From Candidatus Binatia bacterium (lineage in GTDB: Bacteria; Desulfobacterota; Binatia; HRBIN30): DNA of 64,000 nucleotides. Below, piece by piece: positions 1-8,960 of this stretch. The notes under the pieces are model-generated. The model had not been told where the DNA came from, ran no database searches, and saw only the letters and a program-made list of their open reading frames with translations. The stretch spans positions 49,551-113,550 of the forward strand of contig JAKLJW010000010.1 in NCBI GenBank assembly GCA_023150935.1, read 5' to 3'. The position numbers and the translations under genes were made by a program. Position 1 is the first letter of the stretch; every line of letters begins with the position of its first letter.

Positions 1-1128
1 CGTCGGGGACGCCGTCACAGTCAGGCTGGGCGTCGGGGATCCCGGCCCCACTGGGGTCCCGGTCCGCGTTGGCGTCGCTGCCGGCGCGCTCGCGCTAGGG
101 CTCGCCGTAGCCACCGCCGGCACCGAGGCTGTAGCCGTTGGCGAACGACCCGGTTGTCCGGTTGCCGTGGGCGTCAAGAGACGGGAAGCCGTAGGGCTGG
201 GCGTTGTCGTGGGTATTCTCGGTGGCGTCCACGTAGGGGACGGTGAAACGGTAGAAGTTGGGACTGTCTGCTTGCCCACGCGCAGCACCATAGCCCGCCG
301 CGGCCCGATCTCTCCACCGGCATCGCGAACCTGAACAACGATTCGGGTATCGCCCGTCGCAAACTCGTTGTCGCCGTCGATGAGCAGGCAGAATTGCACC
401 TCGGGTCGCGCGTCCGACATGAAAGCCGGCGAACCATGACGGTTGACGGTGCACGCCCTGACCGAGTTCGTGTTCACGGCAAACCCGCAACCGAGGTCGT
501 TCAAGGCGTCGGTAACCTCCTTGCGCTCCGAAAAATCCTCGGGATCGAATCCCGGCACGCCACCACCAGCGCACACACGCCGATCTCCCGCCCCCAGAGG
601 ACGCGACACCTCCACCTGCAGGTCGGGACGGGCTCCGGTGTCTCCGGGGCGCGAGTCGAACACCTTCAGACCGACCGGTGACCCGGTGGCCCCACGGTCC
701 GCTTCGACGACGACATAGAACCCGGCCCCAATGGATCGTTGATACACAGGGGTACCGTCTGCCCCGACCTGCACAGGATCGATCGGCGTTCCGTCCGCAG
801 CCGCCATCCCCAAGAAGGTTACTATCGGACCCAACGCCGGTGTCACCGTCGGCGTCGGAGACGGCGTCGGTGCCGCCACGATCTGAGCCACGAGCGCCGC
901 AAGGTCCGCCGCCGACACGCCGCCATCGGCGTTGACGTCGACACCCGCGCAGGTTGGTGAAGCCGGTGCGATGCCAAAGACGGCTCCAACCACGATCTCC
1001 GCATCGGTCAGACCAACCTCGCCGTCGCAGTCGAGATCGCCACGGGCTATCGCCACCAACCCGCCGGCGGCCCCTGAGCCCCACAGCATCAGGCCAATAA
1101 ACCAGGCCCACACTCCCACTTTGCCCAT
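1..1128 (-). CDS. secreted dockerin-repeat protein, partial (N-terminus in window, C-terminus runs past position 1); not in supplied ORF track
   Basis: Hand translation of the minus frame from ATG at about 1128: MGKVGVWAWFIGLMLWGSGAAGG (signal peptide); two dockerin-type Ca-binding repeats GDLDCDGEVGLTDAEIVVGAVFG and VDVNADGGVSAADLAALVAQIVA; PT linker; about 190-aa globular domain; second PT/PS linker. No stop codon down to nt 1. In the same frame as track ORF 1162..1395(-). Confidence 0.6.
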   Translation of the reverse strand, partial: MGKVGVWAWFIGLMLWGSGAAGGLVAIARGDLDCDGEVGLTDAEIVVGAVFGIAPASPTCAGVDVNADGGVSAADLAALVAQIVAAPTPSPTPTVTPALGPIVTFLGMAAADGTPIDPVQVGADGTPVYQRSIGAGFYVVVEADRGATGSPVGLKVFDSRPGDTGARPDLQVEVSRPLGAGDRRVCAGGGVPGFDPEDFSERKEVTDALNDLGCGFAVNTNSVRACTVNRHGSPAFMSDARPEVQFCLLIDGDNEFATGDTRIVVQVRDAGGEIGPRRAMVLRVGKQTVPTSTVSPSPTWTPPRIPTTTPSPTASRLLTPTATGQPGRSPTATASVPAVATASPSASAPAATPTRTGTPVGPGSPTPSLTVTASPT

Positions 1129-1276
1129 TCGCCTCGCACGCAGTCCCGACGGTACGCCGTCTTATGCCGCCCGCAGATCGGACCCGTCAAGCCGCCGTCC
1201 TGGCGGCCGGACCCCCTTGCCAAGCGGCGGGACCCGGTAGTAGAAGTCCGCCACCTCAGGCAAGGGAGAGATGTCA

Positions 1277-1723
1277 ATGGCTAAAAGTGCGCGATCGCGA
1301 AACGTCGAACCTGCCAACGAAGTCATCGGTCGACTGCAGCAGAGCATGAAGGACTTGCAGCGCGAGGCCCGCAGCCTGCTTGGCCGCACGCGCAAACAGG
1401 CAACCAGCCTGATCTCCAGGGATCAACGGCGCGCTCTCGATCGGCTCTTCTCCCAGGCCCAGAGGCTACGATCGGACCTCGAACGCCGCGCTCAACGCGC
1501 GTCCAAGGATGTCGAATCGCGCGCCGAGCGGTTCCTCTCGACCCTCGAGAAGGAAGCGGCAAAGCGCATATCCCCTTTACTCAAACGCCTGGACTTGCCC
1601 TCACGCCAGGAAATCCACAGCCTGTCCCGACGCATCGGCCAACTGGAACGGCGCGTTAGGACCGTAACCCGTGCGACCTCGACCCGAGTCCGGGACAAAG
1701 GCGAGAGAAGCGCGGAAAGTTGA
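1277..1723 (+). CDS. phasin family protein (PHA granule-associated protein)
   Basis: SD aagggagag 6 nt upstream of ATG 1277. Arg/Glu-rich coiled-coil protein; C-terminal LDLPSRQEIHSLSRRIGQLERRV matches the conserved 'PTR-E---L--RI--L' phasin/PHA_gran_rgn motif. Confidence 0.55.
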   Translation: MAKSARSRNVEPANEVIGRLQQSMKDLQREARSLLGRTRKQATSLISRDQRRALDRLFSQAQRLRSDLERRAQRASKDVESRAERFLSTLEKEAAKRISPLLKRLDLPSRQEIHSLSRRIGQLERRVRTVTRATSTRVRDKGERSAES

Positions 1724-1861
1724 ACGGCCGAATTACGGCATAAGAAAGGGGCGCCACCCCCTTGCCGTCCCACCTCCATCCGACGCTATCCCGGGGCCCC
1801 GATAGCCCGGATCTCGGCAAGCGCCAAGTGAGGACCGGCCACCCCAAAAGCGACGATCGGA

Positions 1862-2440
1862 TCAGCCCTCCGCCGCCGTCGGCGGGCGCCACTCGAGGCG
1901 GGGCGCGGCCAACCACGCTCCGCTGGACGAGACCGCATCCGTGCCGACCACTTTTCCATGGGCCGCCAACGCCTCGGCACGAGTAGCTCGCCCGTTCCGG
2001 CGTACCGCCGCATCCCGCTGCTGCGCCGGCGCTGACGCCAGCTCTATGAGCACGCGAGCAACCCCGCGGCTTACCATTCCCAAACGTCGCGCCGCCTCAT
2101 ACGACAGATCGATCCCGCGCCGATACTTGTATGGCCCACGGTCCGTGATCTGTACGACTACTGACCGCCCGCTCGACAAGTCGGTCACGCGCACCCAGGT
2201 ACCGAGCTCGAGCGACCGATGCGCGGCCGTCAGCTCGTTCGGGTTGAAGCGTCGACCCATCGCCGTGCGCCGGCCGGCAAACTCTCGACCGTACCAAGAC
2301 GCATGCGTTACCTGCTGCCACCCCCGCGCGACCGGCCAACTGCCAAAGTCCAGCGCATGCGAGGTCGCAACCGCCCCAACGGTCAGGCTGAGAATGAGCG
2401 TGAAAAAGGTGAGTAAACGAGTCGTCGTGGTAGTGGCCAT
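1862..2440 (-). CDS. rlpA: septal ring lytic transglycosylase RlpA family protein (DPBB domain)
   Basis: Signal/TM region, then ASWYGREFAGRRTAMGRRFNPNELTAAHRSLELGTWVRVTDLSSGRSVVVQITDRGPY, a typical RlpA double-psi beta-barrel. SD ggagggg before ATG 2440. Confidence 0.75.
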   Translation of the reverse strand: MATTTTTRLLTFFTLILSLTVGAVATSHALDFGSWPVARGWQQVTHASWYGREFAGRRTAMGRRFNPNELTAAHRSLELGTWVRVTDLSSGRSVVVQITDRGPYKYRRGIDLSYEAARRLGMVSRGVARVLIELASAPAQQRDAAVRRNGRATRAEALAAHGKVVGTDAVSSSGAWLAAPRLEWRPPTAAEG

Positions 2441-2841
2441 AGACCCCTCCAATCGGTGTCATGCGACCCACAACTGGAGAGGTACTCCACACCACCACCG
2501 CTACCCACTGGCGTCCCACGGGCCCCACGCCGCTTCCGCGACGATCCGCTCGTGGCGACTCCTCTCCTTGAAAGCCTGCGAAGTTAGCTGACGGGTTAGA
2601 GCTCAAAGAGTTGCCCCTCCCGGGCTCAAGCCCGGGATTCACCCCAGTAACGTGGTTCCTCCGCTCCCCGATTTCTCCAGGGACTCGGCTCGGTCGCGTC
2701 TCTCTTCTGACAAACCGGGCTAACGATATCAACCCCCCCTCAGCCACATTTTCCCCCGAAGCGTCACTGTACTGACGCCGCCCGGTCCCGCACGGACCTC
2801 GACAGCACCATCGAGAAAACCGGTCATCGGCGTGGCACACC

Positions 2842-2864
2842 CCCTGCTTCAGTCTAAAGCAGGG
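2842..2864. promoter_or_regulatory. 8-bp perfect inverted repeat CCCTGCTT-n6-AAGCAGGG about 65 nt upstream of XRE regulator start; candidate operator
   Basis: Read directly in sequence: ccctgcttcagtctaaagcaggg. Confidence 0.3.
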
Positions 2865-2927
2865 CCTACGGCTCAGAAAGCCAGGGAACCACGGCTCGAA
2901 TCGAGAGGTACAGGAGCTCAGAAACAG

Positions 2928-3179
2928 ATGTCCAACGCAAAAGACGGATCGAACATCAGCCTCCTCCGGCACCAGCTCAATATGACGCAGGAGGAATTCG
3001 CTCACGCGCTCGGGGTCACCGTATCGACCGTTAACCGCTGGGAGAACGGCCACATCGAGCCCAGCCGCCTTGCCCGACGCGCCCTGCGCGAGCTCGAAGC
3101 CCAGGTTCACCCGGCATCCGCTGCGGCGGCAGACGCCGTAACTATCGCTCCCGAACCCCTGATGGCGCGCGCGAGTTGA
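2928..3179 (+). CDS. XRE-family helix-turn-helix transcriptional regulator
   Basis: SD aggag upstream. HTH: LNMTQEEFAHALGVTVSTVNRWENGHIEPS (HTH_XRE consensus). Confidence 0.7.
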   Translation: MSNAKDGSNISLLRHQLNMTQEEFAHALGVTVSTVNRWENGHIEPSRLARRALRELEAQVHPASAAAADAVTIAPEPLMARAS

Positions 3180-3265
3180 TGCCCCTCGTGTCAGTCGCCG
3201 CAACCGCAAGCCGCAGCGTCGTAACGGGGCGTGGCCGGACCGGAAACGGCTATTCCACGCCCCGC

Positions 3266-4068
3266 TCAAAAGATCAGAGCGGCGGCCCGCATGGGGGCCC
3301 CCCCGCGGTCGGCGATGGCAAGGGGAAACCCCACAAAGACCAGATTCTTTTCTCCCAGCAGGCTACCGAGATTTGTCAGGCCTTGGACCACGGGGATTCC
3401 GGCCTGCGCGAACGCCAGCCGCTCAGCCCATACCTCCTCGGGCGGCCGATCCTTATCCATCAGATCGGCGTATCGGCTGAAACTACCAATACTTGGCATA
3501 TCGGTCGCCAGTGCCCGAATGCGCTTTTGAGCTAACCACTTGGCTGCCTGCAACGACAGCGGCGGGTACGCCGGCCACTCCTCGTCCTCAGGATGCGCAT
3601 AGCCCACGAACAGCAACACGATTTCGTTGCTCTGGATGGTGTAGCTCTCCAGATCGGTGATCTGCAGCGGACTGTGACGATCCTTCCAACGTAGATCGAC
3701 CAGCCGGGCCGGGCCGTACAGACGATCCAACGGGACCTGGTCGCTCCGCTCCCCACCCTTGACCAGCCGCCCGGACGGGTCCAGGTGCGCCCCGAGATTA
3801 CTCACCAGCCGGAAGTAGGTCAGCCCGAAGGCATACTCCTCCTTCGATGGAGTCACAGGCTCGAAGGGAATACGCGGCGGCACGCCGAGGAAATCCGCAG
3901 CACGATACCCGATCTGTCGAACGATCAGATCCTCGGTGATCACCGGCGAAAGGTCGACGATCTTGCGCGGCATCGGAACCGATCTGATGCCGTCGGATCG
4001 ACAACCCACCGCCCCTACCGCCACCGCGACGCACAACAGGCGGGGCCACCACCCACGCACACTCCTTC
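3266..4068 (-). CDS. putative cyclase family protein (kynurenine formamidase-like), lipoprotein
   Basis: SD gaggag before ATG at about 4068. N-terminus MTKRRSVRGWWPRLLCVAVAVGAVGC (lipobox). About 267 aa with cyclase-family-like core. The track ORF extends upstream spuriously. Confidence 0.45.
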
Positions 4069-4550
4069 GTTTGGTCATACTGAACTCCTCACTTCCCGAG
4101 TTCGACTGAATCCTCACTGGCGGCGATGGCTGGGCCTCGGCCACCCCCAAAGACACGTGACCGGCCGTCCCCGGCATAGTCGACTGCCACCGGCTGTAGC
4201 AAACACGCCGGCCAGAGTCAGCAAGAAAACACCAAGTCGGCCACCGGATTTCTCCCGGCAAGGACTCGTCTGAATACCTCGGCCCCGAGTCGGACGCTGC
4301 GGGCTCCGTCGCTCGACAATGACTTGCCGCACCTCCCGGGACTCGAAACCGGAAACCGGTCGAGGGGTTCAACGTACCCCGATTGGCACCGGAAACCGCG
4401 CGCGGGGCCGGAACAACCTCTGGTGTACATCGCAACCACGATGCGCTATATGCTTTATCAAGTAACCTGCGCATTGGGTGCAGCGAGAACATCAGCACCG
4501 AGATTAGTCGTTTTACGGACGTGCAGCGATCGTCCGCAGGGGAGGAATAC

Positions 4551-6381
4551 GATGAAACTGGCTGCTTGCGTTCGCGCCTTCTCACCGGCGGTTGGCCTTG
4601 CCATGGCCGTCACCCCGCTCGCCCAACCGAGCCTCTCGTTCGCCGGCGAACCTAAGATGGTGATCGCCATCTCGGGTAGCGGCACAATCGGCGGCGTTCC
4701 GGTACTCAACGAAGACCTGCTGCTCTGCGACCCGGTCAGTCTTGGCGAAAACAACACCATCTGCGACTGGAGTCTTCTCTTCGACGGCAGCTCCGCCGGT
4801 TTGAACTCGGCCGTCAAAGCGGTCGACATCCTCCCGAACGGCGGCATCGTGATGCGGGTAAACATAGACGGCTCTATACCCGATCTCTCGGCCATCAAGT
4901 CGAAGGACCTCGCGCTGTTCGTACCCGACGATCCGACCACGCTACCCTACGCGAGTGGAGAATGGCGCCTCTACCTGGACGGCGACGCCGTAAAGGGATC
5001 GAGCGACAGCCGCGTTTGGACCGGTATGGACGTCGTGACCGACGGCACCTGCGAAAACCAGAACCCGCCCACCTGCGACGTCCTGTTATCCCTGCCGTCG
5101 ACGGCAACCCTCGGCGGGATCACTTTCAGCGATGAAGATATCCTCAAGTGCACGCCGACAGCCTGGTCGTCCGGCGGGTCCATTACGGCCTGCAACTATT
5201 CCCTCTTCCTCGATGCCAGCGCAATCAACGGCGGCGGCTCTGGGAGCTTCACCTCCGACAACTGGGCCTTCGACCTGATAGAACCTGATACCCTGCTCTT
5301 CCGTGCGCCAAGTTCCGGCATCGGCCTGCCCCCGAATCAGCCCTCGCGCGATATCCTGCGATACGTCGGCACCTTTGGGGCCTCACCGGTCGGCGCCGTC
5401 GATCTGTTTTTCGACGGTTCCACGGGCGGACTCAGCGCCGAGACCGTACACGCGTTTGCGGTCTATCCCGACGGTGACGACGATGGCGTCCCGGATGGCC
5501 TTGACAATTGCCCGAACGACGCCAATCCGAGCCAACTGGACAGTGACGGCGACAGTCTCGGCGACGCCTGCGACTATTGCCCGTTCCGTGCTGCGGCCTG
5601 CATCTGCGGTGACGCGGTCATCGACACGCCCTCCGAAACCTGCGATCTTGGCCCCGCCAACGGCCCCACCAGTCCGTGCTCGTCGACCTGCCAGGTACAG
5701 GGCGAGTGCATCGGCGGCCCTACCCCCGGTGCCGTGTGCGCTACTGATGCTGAGTGCGGCGCCGGTACGTGTTGCGGAAACGGACTAACCACATCTCCCG
5801 AAGCCTGCGACGACGGCAACGCCGTCGCGGACGACCTCTGCGACAACTCCTGCCAGTTGACCACAGGGGGCATTCCGGTCCTCGGTTGCGAGGACGTGCT
5901 CGGACCGCACATGATTCCCGCTTACGCAAAGGCAAGATTCACCGATACCACCAAGGTTCCGGGCCCCTTCGACAAGCACACATCCAGGGGCGACTTCAAC
6001 CTGCCGGCGGGGATAAGTATCGACCCGGACAGCCAGGTGGTCACTATTATCTTCAACCAGACGGCGAGCCTCTTCGCGGCAACGCTGAACCCGCCAGGGG
6101 CATTCGTCCAAAGCGGTCAACCGACCAAAGAGAAGTGGAAGTTCAAAGATAAGGAGGGAGATGTCGCCGGTGCCCTCGGCCTGGTCAAGGCCCTTTTCGG
6201 GCTGCGCGAGAACAAGATCAAGTACGTCTTCGCCAGCAAGTACATACCGGCGATCATCGACACGACGGCTCCAATCAAGGTGCGCCAGACGATCCGCATT
6301 GGCGACGACTGCGCCACCGCGGTGGTCGCCTGCGAGGCGAACACCAAGGGTACCGCATTAAAGTGCTCGTCGACACCGTGA
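4551..6381 (+). CDS. secreted protein with thrombospondin type-3-like Ca-binding repeats and two Myxococcus cysteine-rich repeats
   Basis: SD ggggagg before ATG 4551. Signal peptide MKLAACVRAFSPAVGLAMAVTPLA. DGDDDGVPDGLDNCPNDANPSQLDSDGDSLGDACDYCP (TSP3 DxDxDG-type). CGDAVIDTPSETCDLGPANG and CGNGLTTSPEACDDGNAVADDLCDNSCQ match the TIGR02232 'myxo_disulf_rpt' pattern. Confidence 0.7.
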
Positions 6382-6476
6382 GCATCTCTCAACGGACTGG
6401 CGTCGCACCCCGGAAATAGGTGGCGCCGGCGGAGGATGCGGAGGGTGGGCGAGGAGGACTGGCGGGCAACTCCCCG

Positions 6477-8951
6477 CTACTCGACACCCGCCTTTCCGGC
6501 CGCCATCTGTGCGCCGCGCATGGCTTCCAGCTTGTGGCGCGCCCGGGCATTGCCAGGATCGACCTTGAGCGCATCTTGCAGTTCACGGATGGCGTCCTGC
6601 GTCTTGCCCTGCTTCCACAGTGCCGTCGCGAGGTCGGTGCGAATTGCCGCGCTCGGGCGCTGTTTGAGCGAGTCGCGATAAGCCGACACCGCGTCATCGA
6701 GCTTGCCCTCCTTCACATACACCTCGCCAAGATTGTTGTACGCCGGCACGTAGGCCGGGTCGACTTCGATAGCCCGACGGAACTGGGCGATCGCCTCCAC
6801 GTTCTTGCCGAGCTTATCGAGGACGAAGCCGAGGCCGTTGTGGGCCTCCGCACTGGGACTTGCCGCGATCGCTTTCTCGTAATGTAGCGCTGCCTCCTCG
6901 AACTTATCTTCGCCAAGCAGGGCGACCGCGAGATTGAAATGAGCGGGGCCACACTCCGGATCGAGGTCGATTGCCTTCCGGTAACTGTCGATCGCCTCGT
7001 CTTTCCTGCCCAACTGCTGCAAGACGAAACCAAGGTCGCTGTAGATCTCCGCCTTCGGTTCCACCGCCAGGGAGGCCCTATACGCCTCCACCGCGCGCGC
7101 GGGATCACCTCGATCGATGAGCGCCAGCGCCAGGTTGTTGTTCGCTTTGGCGTGCTTCGGGTTGGCGCGCAAGGCCTGCTCGAATTGCTCGATCGCCTCC
7201 GCCGTCCGCGCCTGCTGGAACAGCGTCCAGCCGAGCGCGTTCAGAAGGTCGGGGTTACTGGGTTCTACTTTCAAGCCCCTGCGAAAGGCGCGCTCGGCGC
7301 CGGCGTGATCTCCGGTGCGCTCGTTGGCCTCCCCCGCCCTCAGGAACGAGTACGCATCCAGAAACTCCTCGCGCACATGGGTAATCTCGTCGGGCGCAAG
7401 TCTGACGAACTCGGGTATGTTGGCCGCTCGGTCGGTCGCCGTGAATCGTTCGAGCAGCACCGGCGGACTGTCCTCACCGTTCTCGTCGATATGCGTGAGG
7501 AACAGTTGCGTGTACGGCGTGTTCCATTTCGAGGAGAAGACGAGCCAGCGACTGTTGGAAGACCAACTGTGCCACGAATTCATCCGCGGCGTGTTGGCGC
7601 GCAACCGTCTCGGCTCCCCGCCCTGAGCCGGCATGATGTAAAGCTCGCTATCGGGCTGCAGCAGCATGTAGCTCCTCGCCTTGCAGAACACGACCCATTT
7701 GCCGTCCGGCGAGTACTTGGGGAAATAGTTGCTCATACCGTTGCCGGATGCTCCGGGCAGAGGTTCCGGCGTTCCGCCCTGCCCATCGTTGAACGGAATC
7801 GTGTGGAGGTCGTAGCGGAAAGGCCGCTTCTCGGAGACGAACTCGGGGACCTCCTTCTCGCTGAGCAGGATACTTTGAATCTGACTGATACGCTCGGCCT
7901 GGTAGACCTTCGCTTTCGCAAAGATCAGACGCTTGCCGTCCGGACTCCAGGTCGGGTTGCTCTGCACGAACTCCGGATCGTCCGCACCCCTCAGCGGCTG
8001 GAAGCTCTTCGTCTCACGGTCGTACGTCACCAGAACTCCCTTGATGGGAAAGAAGAGCTGCGAAAAGGTGATCTCCGGCGTGGCGACGAATACCGAGCGG
8101 TCTTTTAGAGTGCTGACCACATAGCGTCCGTTGGGCGATACCTGAGAAAGCAGCCCGAACGTGAGCTCCCCGTCGTCCCGCTTGTAGTCTGCCCAGGTGA
8201 TGATCTTAGAGTCATCTAGACGCATCTCTTTGGCCACGGGGAGGATGGCATAGGCGCCCTTGTCGTTGCCGTAGTCGACGTCGAGACCAAGCACGCGACC
8301 GTTGGCCGAGAACGAATGGCAGTTCCCGCAGACCGGGAGGTCTTGCAGAACGATCGGCGGCGCGGCCTCTGAGTCGATCGATCCGAATCGCCACCTGATC
8401 CGCGAAGGATCCCTTACCGCCGACAGAAACGGCAACGGGACCTCTCGATAGAAGATCGAGTCGCCCACCTCGTCCGTCGACGTCTGGATACGCACCCTGG
8501 CCGACGACAGAATCTTCGCCGGGTCACGACTATCGACTCCGGCCACGACAACCGTGGCATCTTTCTCCAACGATCGCCGCTTGATTTGTGCCCAGTCCTG
8601 TTCCGACGGACGCCATCGTCGTTCTGAAGCCGAGAACATGAACGGCGGCTCGCCGTCCCCGAATTGCGTCACCACAAACCAGCGGTCGACGCCCGCCGAG
8701 CGATCGTCCCAGACGAACGTCGGAGCGACAATCTCCGGAGGAAACAACGTGCCGTCCAACGGGTAGGTGACGGTCAGCCTTCCAGCGGCGCCGCTCGGGC
8801 TGCTCGTCAGGATGTCTTGCGCATCCGGCAAATCGTCCCGGAGAACCATGAACAGTCCCGCGACGAGCCCGGCGAGCAGAACCGTAACTGCAACGATTGC
8901 CGGCCGCATTCTCCGGCGAGGCTGCGGCTTCCGGCGCTTAGTATTGCCCAT
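6477..8951 (-). CDS. membrane-anchored PD40/TolB-like beta-propeller protein with C-terminal TPR repeats
   Basis: N-terminal TM (AIVAVTVLLAGLVAGLF). PD40 motifs SPDGKRLIF and SPDGKWVVF. About 8 TPR units in the C-terminal 300 aa. Also contains a CxxCH motif (PVCGNCHSF). Confidence 0.7.
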   Translation of the reverse strand: MGNTKRRKPQPRRRMRPAIVAVTVLLAGLVAGLFMVLRDDLPDAQDILTSSPSGAAGRLTVTYPLDGTLFPPEIVAPTFVWDDRSAGVDRWFVVTQFGDGEPPFMFSASERRWRPSEQDWAQIKRRSLEKDATVVVAGVDSRDPAKILSSARVRIQTSTDEVGDSIFYREVPLPFLSAVRDPSRIRWRFGSIDSEAAPPIVLQDLPVCGNCHSFSANGRVLGLDVDYGNDKGAYAILPVAKEMRLDDSKIITWADYKRDDGELTFGLLSQVSPNGRYVVSTLKDRSVFVATPEITFSQLFFPIKGVLVTYDRETKSFQPLRGADDPEFVQSNPTWSPDGKRLIFAKAKVYQAERISQIQSILLSEKEVPEFVSEKRPFRYDLHTIPFNDGQGGTPEPLPGASGNGMSNYFPKYSPDGKWVVFCKARSYMLLQPDSELYIMPAQGGEPRRLRANTPRMNSWHSWSSNSRWLVFSSKWNTPYTQLFLTHIDENGEDSPPVLLERFTATDRAANIPEFVRLAPDEITHVREEFLDAYSFLRAGEANERTGDHAGAERAFRRGLKVEPSNPDLLNALGWTLFQQARTAEAIEQFEQALRANPKHAKANNNLALALIDRGDPARAVEAYRASLAVEPKAEIYSDLGFVLQQLGRKDEAIDSYRKAIDLDPECGPAHFNLAVALLGEDKFEEAALHYEKAIAASPSAEAHNGLGFVLDKLGKNVEAIAQFRRAIEVDPAYVPAYNNLGEVYVKEGKLDDAVSAYRDSLKQRPSAAIRTDLATALWKQGKTQDAIRELQDALKVDPGNARARHKLEAMRGAQMAAGKAGVE

Positions 8952-8960
8952 ATCCTCGGC

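Noticed and set aside
95-1111. Track ORF 338 aa on minus strand (MGLVYWPDAVGLRGRRRVGG...)
   Set aside because: Arg/Gly-rich low-complexity frame. A different minus frame over the same DNA encodes a coherent signal peptide plus dockerin protein, so this is an overlapping-frame artefact of high GC.
2453-2927. Possible tmRNA/SRP/RNase P/6S RNA in the large intergenic region
   Set aside because: Looked for the tRNA-like GGTTCGA T-arm plus ACCA end, the SRP domain IV signature and the 6S central bubble. None recognisable by eye; left as an unassigned structured region only.
2097-3269. Track ORF 390 aa on minus strand spanning rlpA, the 476-nt intergenic region and the XRE gene
   Set aside because: No domain features and Arg/Gly/Ser-rich. 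It overlaps two well-supported genes on both strands plus a gap with promoter-like features.
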